The position numbers were made by a program, and so were the translations under genes. Of a stretch of DNA of 64,000 nucleotides, positions 49,889 to 63,357 are shown piece by piece. The stretch comes from Octopus sinensis. Taxonomy: Eukaryota. The stretch covers positions 35,092,001 through 35,156,000 of the forward strand of contig NC_043010.1 of NCBI RefSeq assembly GCF_006345805.1, given 5' to 3'. Under the pieces are notes generated by a model, which worked only from the letters and a program-made list of their open reading frames with translations, had not been told where the DNA came from and ran no database searches. Numbering within the stretch: position 1 is the stretch's first letter; each line of letters starts with the position of its first letter.

Positions 49889-52289
49889 CTACAAAGTGTT
49901 TTCTTTCTATATTGAGATTCTCAATCTCATCTGTTAACTCTATATTTAATATGAGGACCTTTGAAAACTAACCAGGAATAATTATGTGGAGAGGAAATTA
50001 ATAATGACTAATATTGTTTGAATATTTCAACCCATATTGAAGACAACTTGGGGCCAGTTTCAGCCTTGTTATGACTTCATCAGAAAAGTATAGACTTCAC
50101 TATATTACCAAAAGTAGTAATGGAAGGATCACTAGTAAGTGTAGAAGATGGCATAGAAAAATAATGTAATGTAATGGTTGGATTAGGGAAAATATAATTA
50201 TTTAGAGAATTAATGTATCAGAGATACCATCTTCATGAAGAACAATAGTTAAACCTATAGATTATTCTTTCCATTTTTTTTTTTTTTGTAAAGCCTGGTA
50301 CTTATTCTATCAGTCTCTGTTATATCGCATATTCGGATGTCCTCTACTCAACTCCTCGATGTCTAGACTTCTCCCTCCATATCTACGTATTGGGCTAGCC
50401 TACTTCGTCATCTGGGGGCATCCACACAACAGTCTCTTTTACTGAACTACTAAGTTATGGGGACATAAACACACCAACACCAGTTGTCAAGTGGTGGTGG
50501 AGGACAAACACTTATACTAACACAAACACACATAAGATGGGCTTCTTTCAGTTTCTATCTACCAAATACACTTTAGTTGGCCAAGACTATAGTAGATGAC
50601 ACGCCCAAAGTGCCACACAGTGGGACTGAACTCAGAGCCATGTAGTTGGGAAGCAAACTTCTTACCACACAGCCATGCCAGCACCTATATGTTAACATGT
50701 TTAATGTAAGGATCATTAAAAACTAATTTTTAAAATAATGACTCAGTAAAGAAAAAATAATACTAGACAACAACTAAGGTGGACTGGCAACATCATTAAA
50801 ATACCAGAGAAAATACCATGCAGAAATTAGTTGTGGCTTTATGTTCTGAGTTCAAATTCCACTGAAGTCAACTTTGCCTTTCATCTTTCTGAGATTGATG
50901 AAATAAAGTAACTACTAGGTTTCTCCACCCAAATTTATAGCCTAGACTAAGGGAACTCCATCATTCAAATTTGACCATACCTTAATACTAGTATGTTTAG
51001 GTGAATGGACAAGATATTTGAAGGAAGACTGGTAGTTGCCCATGCATGCAAGTCTCAACTCTGTAAATCACAGATGTTTATCTAAGGGAAATCTCCCTTT
51101 TGGGGTTGATATAGCTTCACACCAGTGTCATTGTAGGTGTCATGGTCAGAATGCAAAGAGTCAGAAAAGATACAAGGCAATTGACAGTTCTGCAAATCAA
51201 TCACCTTAAATTGGTACATTTTTATCAATGCCAAAAAAGAAAATGTATTTGTTCCTTCTCGAGCCACGCCTGGCTCATAGGGCCAGTTTCCTGGTTTCCT
51301 TGGCGTATAGGTTCCCCACCTGGACGGGATGCCGGTCTGTCGCAGGTGAGCTGCAAGATGCAGTAGGAAAGAGTAAGAGAAAGTTGTGGTGAAAGAGTCA
51401 GCAGAAGTTCGCCATTATCTTCTGCCAGAGCTGCATGGAGCTTAGGTGTTTCACTCATAAACACACACATCACCCAGTCTGAGATTCGAACCCACAATCC
51501 CTCAACCGCGAGTCCACTGCTCTAACCACTAGGCCATGTGCCTCCACAAAAAAGAAAATGGCAAAGTTGAACTCAGTATGTAGACACTGAGAACAAATAC
51601 CATAAAGCATTCTATTCAGTGCACTAACAAATCTACCAATTTTTATTTTTCAGTCATATTTAGAACACCCTATTCACTGCTTCATTTCACTGAGTTATCA
51701 GGAGAGAATAGCTTTCAAGGGCTTCATATATTTTACCCCAGTGTCACTTTGCTGGCATACACTGCTTTCTCACTCAATAAAAATGATAAATGTCACCCTT
51801 CTCAAGCCTAGCCAGGCTCATGGGCCCAGTTTCCGGTGGCGGCAGCGTATCTGTTCTCTCCAGCTGGATGGGATGCCAATCCATTGCAGTGTTACTCAAG
51901 AAACAGGAAGAGAGAGTGAGAGAAAGTTGTGGCAAAAGAGTACAACAGGGGTTGCCACCACCCCCTGCCGGAGCCTCGTGGAGCTTTTAAGTGTTTTCAC
52001 TCAATAAACACACACAACGCCCGGTCTGGGAATCGAAACCACGTTCCTCCGCCCGCGAGTCCACTGCCCTACCACTGAGCCATTGCACCTCCACTTATCA
52101 CTCAATAATAATAATAATAAAATTATGGGTTACATTAATATCTCTAGCAATTACAGACCTGAACATGTAGTCATTTGATTTTTGCAGCAAGAATGATAAT
52201 GAATTTAATGCCAAAATTAACAGAATTTCAGAGAAACAATCTCCTTGGTATATTCTCTTTGAAATATAATATTGGAGACAATCGTTCTG

Positions 52290-52460
52290 CTCTCAGTTGT
52301 AAATGTGAGAATTGTTTTCTAGGTATTTGTGAGTCCATCAATTGCAGCAACTAAGGTACCATGTACATTTGCCAAATGTAGACATTTCAGCAACCATGAG
52401 TGAGGAATACAGTGAAATACCTTCCTATAATCAAGTGATAATCACAAGGTTTCTTTGGTG
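52290..52460 (-). mobile_element. R4/Dong-like RT remnant
   Basis: KVFHCIPHSWLLKCLHLANV resembles the KAFDSVPHSWILKCL motif. Confidence 0.55.
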
Positions 52461-52715
52461 CTTTCTAACTCCAGATAGTAGTTTTGAATGTATACTCTTT
52501 TACTCTTTTACTTATTTCAGTCATTTGACTGTGGCCATGCTGGAGCACCGCCTTTAGTCAAGCAAATTGACCCCAGGACTTATTCTTTGTAAGCCTACTA
52601 CTTATTCCATCGCTCTCTTTTGCCAAACCACTAAGTTATGGTGACATAAACACACCAGCATTGGATGTCAAGCAATGTTGGGGAGGCAAACACAGACACA
52701 CAAACATATATACAA

Positions 52716-52771
<56 letters not shown>

Positions 52772-55700
52772 GACATATGTATATATATACATGATATATA
52801 TATATATATATATACATATATACATATACATGACAGGCTTCTTTCAGTTTCCGTCTGCCAAATCCACTCACAAGGCTTTGGTCGGCCCGAGGCTATAGTA
52901 GAAGACATTTGCCCAAGGTGTCCCGCCGTGGGACTGAACCCGGAACCATGTGGTTGGTAAGTAAGCTACCTACCACACAGCCACTCCTACGCCTATGTAT
53001 GTATGTATGTATGTATGTATGTATGTATGTATGTATGTATGTATGCATGTGTGTATGTATGTACATATATATGCATGCATGCATACAAGTATGCATGTCA
53101 TTATTCAGTTCTATTTCAAGATTTCTTGCCAATAGAGAAAGAGCGAGTTTCTAACCTAGAGCTCAGGCCCCTTCATTCGAATTTCAGCATCAAGGTTTTT
53201 TTGATTGCATGTATATATGTATGGGCAGATTTGTATGTTTTGTATGTATGTATGCATGTATGTATGTGTGTATGTATGTATGTATGTATGTATGTATGTA
53301 TGTATGTATGTATGTATGTAGATTATTTAAACTGCATCCTTTTCATGCAAGTCAACTTCCAAGTCATTGCAATCGTTTGATGAACCCAGTAGCATGAAAC
53401 TCAAGATACAGAAATTTGCTTTATATAAACTGTATACTACACTATAATTAAGTACTCTCTTCTTCTTTTATAGAGAGATTGAAATAGTTGAATATGTGTG
53501 TGGTAGTGACATTGTGTAATTTTATATACTTGTGCACCGCTTTCTATCTAGATGAGAATAGCAAAAAAAAAAAACGTGAAAGTTAGGCCAGTGGTGCCCA
53601 AGCTTCTTTCTCTTTTTATTTTTATTTTCTTGTGATTCCCTTTTGATGAAATGTAATTAATTTAGAGCACATTGTGTATAAAAATCAAAGAAAATATATT
53701 CAAAAGTTAATTATGAATTTTAGCCTATGAATGACTTAATCAATAGCGAATGATTATATAGTCAGTTAACTCTTCAATAAATAAAGCAGAATTATCAAAA
53801 ATGTATATTGAGAATTTACTTCTTTCTGTGCAATTTTTTTTTTACAAACTTTTCTACATATAATATTGGGTATAAAATAACTATAAAAGAGGTTGGGTAG
53901 GGGAAGACCCTAAGTCATGATGTTAATTACCAGTTAAAGGGGCACGATGCTAATAAAACCTATGATGTTAATACAGAGGAAATTATCATGGGGTACTATG
54001 GGTGGTTGTTTATAAACAATATTGTTATGTTGTATAAAGATAAAATTTGAGATTATTAAAAATGATATCATAACCAAAATAGGTAAAATCTGTGTATATA
54101 TCAATTTTCAACGTTAAAAAGTAAAGATTACATAGAATCAGTTTAATATTTATTTATGTACTTGATTATTTACTTATTAGGTGGTTTCTATAACAACTGC
54201 TCTGGGTATTTACTTATGAAATACTGGAAAGATAAACATGATATCTATATATTAATTATAAGCCAAGAATCAAAAAAACATTAAAGATGTGTACAGATAC
54301 ACTCACATATTTATTTATCTGCACACATGCACACATGCACACATACATAAATATTTATTTGTTTACATGGATATAGTATAACCATCTCACATAGACTTAA
54401 GTAACTAAAAGGTATCTATTTATGAACAAGAAAGATAACAATTTATAAGGGATAATAGGTTAATAGGTTATGCACTTTTATACACATATACACATATACA
54501 AATATTTATATGTTTATATGGATATAGTATAGCCATCTCACATAGACCTAGTAGCTGAAAAATCTCTATTTAAGAACAGTAACAATTTTAAGGGATAAGA
54601 GGTTCATAGGTAAGGATATCAAAGTAAGAAAACAAAGTAATAAGAATTTATAGAAAATGATAAGAAATATATATAACTTACATTTAAAGAGACAGGGTAT
54701 TAAAATTTAAGGTAGGGAAGAGATAAAAGTAACCCTAAAAGAGGAGGTTGTGGGTATGGAAGTAGTGAGAGCAGTTAAAGGTATTCAGACCAAAGAGATT
54801 TTATAAGTTGCAATGTTACAGGTATTGTTACATAAATGATTTTATAGTTTCTAGTGGGTATATAATTAGGAGACTTATTTACATAAAAGCCATCACAAAT
54901 ATTCATAATATGATCAGTAGGGTAGAACATCATCAAAAGGAACAAATAGTTTAATCACCAAAGACACAATGAAGTCAGACTAACTAGGCAGGAGTTTTCA
55001 TGGGATAGTAATTACATATAGTACACCACAGGCCATAACATATAGCTTATAACATATGCAATGCAATTTAATTCACCATATAACTCAATATCCTATGATT
55101 TTATTATATATACTACTAAGGGTAAGTTTACAAGAGATACGACACCAAAATTAATTTCCACCATCAAAGTTCAAGTATGGCACTAATATTAATAACCAGC
55201 CCAGTTATGCGAACCTTTCTTTCATTGGACACTAAATTCTGCTTGTGAAGACCTGTTGAGGCAAGTGAAATCGAAATCAAATTCACTGACATGGCTGATG
55301 AGAGCACCACCTGACTGACATGCATGTTAGTGGAACGTTAAGAGCACCTTCCGAGCATGATCGTTGCTAGGGCCACTTACTGGCTGCTGTACCAGTGACA
55401 CCTAAAAAGCACCATTCGAGCATGATCATTACCAGCATCGCCTTACTGGCACATGTGCTGGTGGCACGTGAAAAACTATATTCAAGTGAGGTTGTTGCCA
55501 ATGCCACTGGACTGGCTCCTGTGCAGGTGGCACGTATGTAAAAAACACCATTCGAGCATGGCCGTTGCCAGTACCGCCTGACTGGCCCTCACGCCAGTGG
55601 CACATAAAAGCATTCACTACTACACTCTCAGAGTGGTTGGCATTAGGAAGGGTATCCAGCTGCAGAAACTCTGCCAGATCAGATTGGAGCCTGGTGCAGC

Positions 55701-56453
55701 GATCTGGCTTGCCAGTCCTCAGTCAAACTGTCCAACCCATGCTAGCATGGAAATCAGACGTTAAACAAGGATGATATATATATATATATGTATGTATGTA
55801 GGTATGTATGTATGTATGTATGTATATACATATATATTTATATAAACATACATACATACATACAAACAAACAAAAATAGCCTTTGTTGATGTTGATATTC
55901 CAATGAAGGAACCTTGGACCGAGGTTAGAAACCAGCTCTTTCTCTATTGGCAAGAAATCTTGAAACAAAACTAACAATGACATACATATATTTATACACA
56001 CACAAACACACACACGTATATGCATGCACCCACGTACCAACTCTGAGATCAAGAATTTTCGTCATCATTGACGTTATCATTGTGTTTGTAGAGATATATT
56101 AATCTGCGTAAATCTAAATGAGTCACTTCTGTAGCCAGTTACACAACTTCCCACAAATGAGAAATAGTTCAGATGATGAAATATGTTCCTTCTTTACCTC
56201 TGTACTTTTTTTTTCTTTTCTCCTCTCTATTCAAGTTTGTTGATAAGAGTATTGACACTCACACATATTACATGTGTGTGTGTATGTGTGTATGTTTACA
56301 TATTTAAGTAAACATGTGACAGAAAATAAATTGAAATTATTCCAGTAGGAGTTGAAGCCACATCTCAACCTTTTGTTGAAACTTTTGGTACTGTATCTAC
56401 TTTTATTCCTCACCTTCAATGGAAGATATACCCTGCATTAGAAGACATTATAC

Positions 56454-56497
56454 CAGCAAAATCAAAGTTTGAATCCAGGAAGAAAAGCACATTTCAA
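56454..56497 (-). CDS. Candidate exon (xEMCFSSWIQTLILL)
   Basis: Acceptor tttaacaag, donor CTG|gtataa, 44 nt, phase 1-0, compatible with 49804-49888. Confidence 0.25.
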
Positions 56498-56700
56498 CTT
56501 GTTAAATAATTATATTCATACCTACATATGCACACACACACATACACACATTTTTATATACACTCTTACAATATATATGTAAATATATGTATATAAATAT
56601 ATATAAAGTCAAAATAAGCTACAGATACTGAGTATATGTAATAAAAAAAAAAGAAAAATTGGTGTGAATAAAAGAAACTGATTGCTAAATAAAAAAAATT

Positions 56701-56886
56701 AAAAGGGGAGATGTTGTATAATGAAACTATACACCCCTCTTGGTAAAAAGTGGTAGTAGCCAGTCATTATAAATAGACCAGTAGCTGGTCGACAGAAGAA
56801 GGTTAGAAGGTCGAGAGTACATGTAGACTGTGTTGGTAGTTGTGTCTGTGCTGATATAGAAATTTTACTGAGTGGATGTTATAACA
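56701..56886 (+). mobile_element. Polypurine tract plus short LTR (3' LTR remnant)
   Basis: AAAAGGGGAGA directly before TGTTG...ATAACA (56712-56886), with an internal TATAAATA. Confidence 0.55.
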
Positions 56887-57969
56887 ATCTAACCTTTTGA
56901 GGGTAATAACACTGGGTTAGGGGTGCATACAATGTCAGATTGAACAATTTTATTGACAACTTTGGAATATAACAATATCTGTCAGAGTGACAACCATCAT
57001 CAAAAGACATGCAACAGTGGCAAAAGACCACTTTTCAACAATATGCAATATCTGTACACCACTTCAAACACTCTATACACACACATGTATATATCATCAT
57101 CATCATCATTTTATGTCCATGTTCTATGCTGGCATGGATTTGACAAGGATCTAATGAGTCCAAGGACTGCATCATGCTCCAGGTTCTGCTTTGGTATGGT
57201 TTCTATAGCTGAATGCCCTTCTAAATGTCAATCACTTTATAGTGTGTACCAGATTCCCTTTTTCTTCATGCTACCAGCACTACTGAGGGTACCATATAGC
57301 TCACAAGTCTACAAAACCTTGGGAGGAGGGTTGCTGCATCTTTATGTTTGTTGGGAGTCAAGGTATGAGGGAAGGAGTTGAAGTAAAGCATGTTCTTGTT
57401 GTAGAGAAGCTACTTGGCTACTCACATTTAGAAGAGAGAGAGAATGAACTGCTGGTCTCTCCAAAGAGATAGACAGGTCAGGAATAATAGTGAGTGAGTG
57501 AGTGAGTTGGTGGGTGAGGTGTTTCAAGAGTGTATGGGGAAGGATGAGGGAAAGTGGGAGAGAGAGAAATAGGTAAGCAACATCTGTAAAGATTGATAAG
57601 GGCTGAGAATAGAGGTTGCATGTGTTGAGGAGGATAGCAGCAAGGTAGTTATGATGATACCACCATTGACAGGTGGGTGGGGGAAAGAGGTAACTTTATC
57701 TCTCTAATCTGCAGGAGCAGATTAGAGAGATAAACAGGTGTAGTGAATGAGGAGAGAGAATTTCATGAAGGGGTGGCCACCATAACATGTTGCCGAGAAC
57801 AAAATTAATTCATAAAGAATGTCTAATAAGTGAGATGGTTCTGGATAGCAAGCAAGAAAAGTGGTCTCGGGGAGGGGGGAGCTGTAGAGTTGTGAGTTTC
57901 ACTAACACAATATTTAGCTTCAATGCCTAGGAATTCCTTTATAGTTCCCCTATAGGTTCAGCTACAAGA

Positions 57970-58790
57970 ACTAGATCCTTAGCATATAGAAGTACCCATG
58001 CACAGACCAAACTTCTATCTGATGTCCTGTAAGACCATCATGAATAGAGGGGGGGGGATTGAGAACTGAGCTTTGATCAACTCCAACTCTCACACTAAAT
58101 TCCTCACTGAAGTTGTTGACTCTCACTTTACTTACTGTGTCATTGTACATAGCTTGCACAGCTCTCGCAGGCCAATTGCCAATGCCTAGCTTCTTCAGTG
58201 ACCATCAGATTACTGTATGTGGTACCTTGTCAAATATCTTTTCAAAATCAGCAAAGGCCAAGAATATTGGTTTGATCTTAACTAAGCATTTCTCATGTAG
58301 TGGCCTCACTTGGAAGATTGTATCTGTGGAACCTCTTCCAGACACAAAACCAAGCTGCATCTCATCTAGATCTATTCTATCATGAATCAATTGTGCAATG
58401 ATTCTCTCTTTGACCTTCATAACCTAATCCAGTAATTCAATTCTTCTGTAACTGCTTCTCTGTAAGGCATCTCCTTTGTCTTTGTAGCAGCTTTCAGTGA
58501 TACTTGTGACAGTCACTGGGCACGACTCCTGCTTGTATGACTTTATTCACTATCCAGGAGATTCACTATCCAAATATTTTGAGCATCTCCATAACTATCT
58601 CCAATGGACCCAAGCTTTCCCAATTTTCATCTCCTTGATCACCTTACCTAGTTTGCTGCTATCAACTTGAACTGTTGTTCCTTCTGTAGCTCAAGGTAAC
58701 CCATCTTCATTCCATGCATTTTCCACATTCAGCAGCCTCTCATAATAGCACTTTCGTATTATTTTCTGGCTTCTACAACATGGGTTTTAC
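57970..58790 (-). mobile_element. Decayed RTE LINE RT fragment
   Basis: ORF 58205..58420: DLDEMQLGFVSGRGSTDTIFQVRPLHEKCL...FLAFADFEKIFDKVP. Confidence 0.85.
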
Positions 58791-58830
58791 TTTCGGTCTC
58801 AAATAGAAATATTTTGCTTATTGCATTTAC

Positions 58831-59052
58831 AGACCTTGAACCAAGCGGTCGTCGGCATCTTCACATACATACATACATACATACATACATACATACATAC
58901 ATCCATACATCCATCCATCCATCCATCCATCCACCCATCCATGTATGCATGCATGCATGCATGGATGGATGGATGTATGGATGTATGTATGTATGTATGT
59001 ATGTATGTATGTATGTATGTGAAGATGCCGACGACCGCTCGGTTCAAGGTCT
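58831..59052. repeat. 222-bp palindrome made of a 33-bp LINE piece and mirrored (ATAC)/(ATCC) microsatellite, centred on (ATGC)n
   Basis: AGACCTTGAACCAAGCGGTCGTCGGCATCTTCAC on the left and its reverse complement on the right (one mismatch). The interruption pattern of the microsatellite is also mirrored. Confidence 0.95.
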
Positions 59053-59175
59053 CTCTTGACCAGAAATGGCCTGAACTCTTTGCATGAACACCACCCTGTA
59101 CATAACTCCATGTCCCCCTACATGGCCTTGCTTTTTGCTTTTTGAGCCAAAAAATTAACTTAACTTAACTTAACT
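59019..59175 (+). mobile_element. Short 3' fragment of the CR1/L2 LINE with (TAACT)n tail
   Basis: Encodes VKMPTTARFKVSLDQKWPELFA, homologous to the end of ORF 24134..24712. The 3' UTR matches 24073-24135. Confidence 0.9.
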
Positions 59176-59733
59176 ATGTATGTATGTATGTATGTATGTA
59201 TGTATGTATGGATGGATGGATGGATGGATGAATGCATGCACATATGCATGTATATATGCATGCATGCATGTATGTATGAATGCATGCATGTATGTATGCA
59301 TGTATGTATGAATGTATTATGCATGCATGTATGTATATATACGTATATGCATGCATGTATGTATGATTGTATGTATGCATGTATGTATGTACATATGTGC
59401 ACTGGTGTGTATTTATACATGTATGTGGATGGATTTATGTATGTGTGTACATGTATGTGGCTGAATTTATGCATTCCTGTGCATGCGTATATGAATTTAC
59501 TGTTTACATACACGTGTATAAGCATATGCATGAGTGTATGCATAAATGAACAGACCAGCTGGTTTGAGCAGAAAGACATGTGAACATAGACAAACTGATA
59601 ACAACTGAAAATAAAAGTAAAAACAAAGATTGAAAGGCATGAGCAATAAAACTAAAACAAACTGAATTGCTTTTATCTGTGTGAACAATAAACCAATAAA
59701 GAATAACAAGATATATACACTCATATATAGCAT

Positions 59734-59780
<47 letters not shown>

Positions 59781-59815
59781 ACACACACACACAACACACA
59801 CACACACACACACAC

Positions 59816-59878
<63 letters not shown>

Positions 59879-60686
59879 AACATGGTGGCAAGCACCTTAT
59901 CACACAAGCACACACACACACTTAAATACACACATACATAAATTTGACATAAAATATCAAAAACTATATGTGCAAAGAATTATTGCAAAGGCTATAAATG
60001 TGTAGTGAAAGACTTTGACAAATCATTTAGATTATGCCAGATAAAATATTGGGTTTTCTTGTTTGGAAATATGCTGTGCTTGACAAGACTCGGCAAGCTC
60101 AAGTGAGACCATAACCTTGTGGCCTATGCCAGGAGTGTAACCAGCCCACCTATGCATACCTTTCCTTCATTGGACACTAAACTCTGCTTGCAAAGACCTG
60201 TTGAGGCAAGTGAAATTGAAATCGAAATCAAATTCGATGACTGGCATCCGTGCTAGTGGAGCGCCAAGAGTACCATACAAGTGTGATCATTGCCAGAGCA
60301 ACAAACTGACCTCCGTACCGATGGCACATAAAAAGCACCATTCATGTGTGATTGTTACCTGCGTCACTTTACTGGCACTTGTGCTGGTGGCACATGAAAA
60401 CACATTCGAGCAAGTGCTGCTGGACTGGCTCCTGTGCTGGTGGCACATAAAAAGCACCATTTGAGCGTGGTCATTGCCAGTACTGCCTGACTGGCCTTTG
60501 TGCCGGTGGCATGTAAAAGCACCCACTACACTCTCAGAGTGGTTGGTGTTAGGAAGGGCATCCAGCTGTAGAAGCTCTGCCAGATCAGATTGGAGTCTGG
60601 TGCAGCCATCTGGTTCGCCAGACCTCAGTCAAATCATCCAACCCATGCTAGCATGAAAAGCGGACATTAAACGATAATGATGATGA

Positions 60687-60725
<39 letters not shown>

Positions 60726-61803
60726 TTGCATAGTAGTGGTTTTATCTCTAATTCATATTTTATATATGTGTATATATATATATATTATCATCATCATCAT
60801 TTAACGTCCGTTTTCCATGCTAGCATGGGTTGGACGGTTCGACCTGGGTCTGGAAAGCCGTAGGCTCTAGTCTGATTTGGCAGTGTTTCTACAGCTGGAT
60901 GCCCTTCCTAACGCCAACCACTCCATGAGTATAGTAGGTGTTTTTTATGTGCTACCAGCAGAGGGGCCAGAGCAGGCTGGCAGATGGCCACGATCAGTTG
61001 GTGCTTTTACATGTCACCGACACGGACGCCAGTCAGGTGGTGCTGGCATCTGCCACGTTCGGATGCTGCTTTTTACATGTCACCGGCATGGGTCTCTTAT
61101 ATATATATATATAATAATAAATATTAGGGAATAAATCCAAATTTACAGTTGGAAAAGTATTTATTTTCTGCTTTAACATATCATGATCTCTAACCTCAAT
61201 ACTACAACTTATATGTATACAAATTTTGATTATAAGCATATACTATTATTGCTACGTAAAATATAATCATCAGTCCTTAATATATTTATGAAACCAAATC
61301 ACTGAGTCTTACGAAGGAGATGACAGAGGACTGAGATATGTGGTGCATTGCTGTACCCATTCAGTACAACAGAAGACCCATTCAGTACAACAGAACTGTA
61401 ATCCAAAAAACTAAAGCACCATGTAAAAAGCATTGGTGTGGGTGCTGGTGTCATGTGAAAAGCACCCAGTACATTCAGTAAAATGACTGGCATTAGAAAG
61501 GGCATCCAGCTTTAGAAATCAAGCCAAAACTGACTATGGAACCTGGTGTGGCCCCTGGCCTTGCTAGTTCCTGTCAAGTCATCCATCCATTCCAGCATGG
61601 AAAATGGATGTTAAATGTTGTTGATGATGATGAGGATGAGGATGATGTGGATGATGATGATGATGATGAAACTAGTGTTTTATTATGACATCAAATCTTT
61701 GGATTTTATAAACTGAAAAATTTCATATATTCAATAATTACCAATGTATTTCCTGTTTGGAGACTCCAAATATTTGAAACCAAATCAATAACATTCTATA
61801 TAA

Positions 61804-62071
61804 GCTGTTGTGTCTGGGGAGCATCATTTTCTTTTTGCGCCTTATGATTTAACACACTCACCAGTAAAATTTCCACTTATTTCTTATTTTCAGTTTCATA
61901 AAATTTTCGTTGTGTCTTGCAACCTTTTCAAGAGTCAAGACTATTAAAAAGGTTGCAAGATGCAACGAAAATTTTAGGAAAATAAAAATAAGAAATAAGT
62001 GGAAATTTTACTAGTGAATGTGTTAAATTATAAGGGACAGAAAAAAAAATGACTTTCCCCAGACACAGCAG
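61804..62071. repeat. Fold-back element (MITE-like), ~125-bp arms and 18-nt loop
   Basis: 61804-61928 is the reverse complement of 61947-62071. Confidence 0.92.
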
Positions 62072-62177
62072 AATATGCTTCAACACACAAATTCATATAA
62101 AGAATCTTGCAAACCAAATCCAAAAACGAAATATTCTATATATGTTTTTTTGGTTATCTTCATATCCATGTTAACAT

Positions 62178-62442
62178 GGATGTCTTGTTAGAAGACTGAA
62201 TACTGGATTACTAGTATTGAGAGATCTTCTCATAGAGGTGCTTGCTACATAAAAGCACACACATAGATCATAGTAGACAAGAATCTTCTATCATAGACAC
62301 CAGAACTCATTGTGTTCTGATACCGGTGAGAGACGAATCTCATCTGCTATAATCTATGTGTCTGCTTTTATGTATCAAGTGCCAATATGAGAGAATCGTT
62401 CAAGGCTAATAATGCAGTGCTCAGTGTTTTAACAAGATATCC
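62178..62442. repeat. Second, older fold-back element, ~110-bp imperfect arms
   Basis: GGATGTCTTGTT...AACAAGATATCC termini; the arms align with many transitions. Confidence 0.8.
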
Positions 62443-63010
62443 AGTGTTAAGGTGGATATAAAGATTACATTTTGATATTATATTGTTTCTGTCAGTAACA
62501 ATAATTTTGTGGTTATTTATTTTCATATCTATATTCTTCATTTAATGTATTGAAACATCTGTGTATATCTAAGGCAATGAGCTGGCAGAGCCATTCACAT
62601 GCCAGATAAAATGCTTAGTGCCTTTTCTTCCGTCTTTATGTTCTGAGTCCAAATTCCACCAAGGTTGACTTTGCCTTTCGTCTTTTCAGGGTCGATAAAA
62701 TAATTACCAGTTAAGTACCGGGGTCAACTTAGACCCTCTCTTGAAATTGCTGGCCTTGGGCCAAAATTTGAAACCAATATCTGTGTTTGTGCAAGTATGT
62801 GTTTATGCTTGTGGACTTGTGAGTGTTTGCATGTGAATGTGTGTGCTTGCATGTGTGTGTACTCGTCAGTGTTTGTGTGTGCAAGTGTGTGAGAGTTTGT
62901 GTGTGTATGTGTGTGTGTACTTGTGAGTGTTTGTGCATGTGTTTGTATTTGAATGTGTGTGTTTGAGTGTGTGTCTGTATTTGTGAGTGTTTGTCTGTGC
63001 GTGTATGCTG

Positions 63011-63301
63011 TGTAGATGCCCCCAGGAGAGAAGTGGGCTGGTCCACTACAAATAAATAGTGGATTGTCACAGTCAGTAGCCCTGTGATACATCAGTGGTG
63101 CTGAGGAGTCGTAGCTTACGCAGTGAAAAATGATTTTGAAGAAAAAATCACAGTGAAAAAATGTTTCTGAAGTAGGATTTGAACTAACACAAAACTACAT
63201 ACAGTCAAAAATAATATACAAACAGTGAAAAGCGATATATACCCAGTGAAATTGAAAAAAGATTTATTTTGAAAAAAAAAAAATGGTTCTGTGTAGAACG
63301 A

Positions 63302-63357
<56 letters not shown>

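Noticed and set aside
52323-52355. 33-nt plus-strand exon candidate (VFVSPSIAATK)
   Set aside because: The opposite strand reads as an R4/Dong RT motif, which explains the sequence better.
56346-56509. 54-codon open plus-strand frame after an AG
   Set aside because: It has no recognisable homology, and it overlaps a minus-strand exon candidate that fits the phase chain better.
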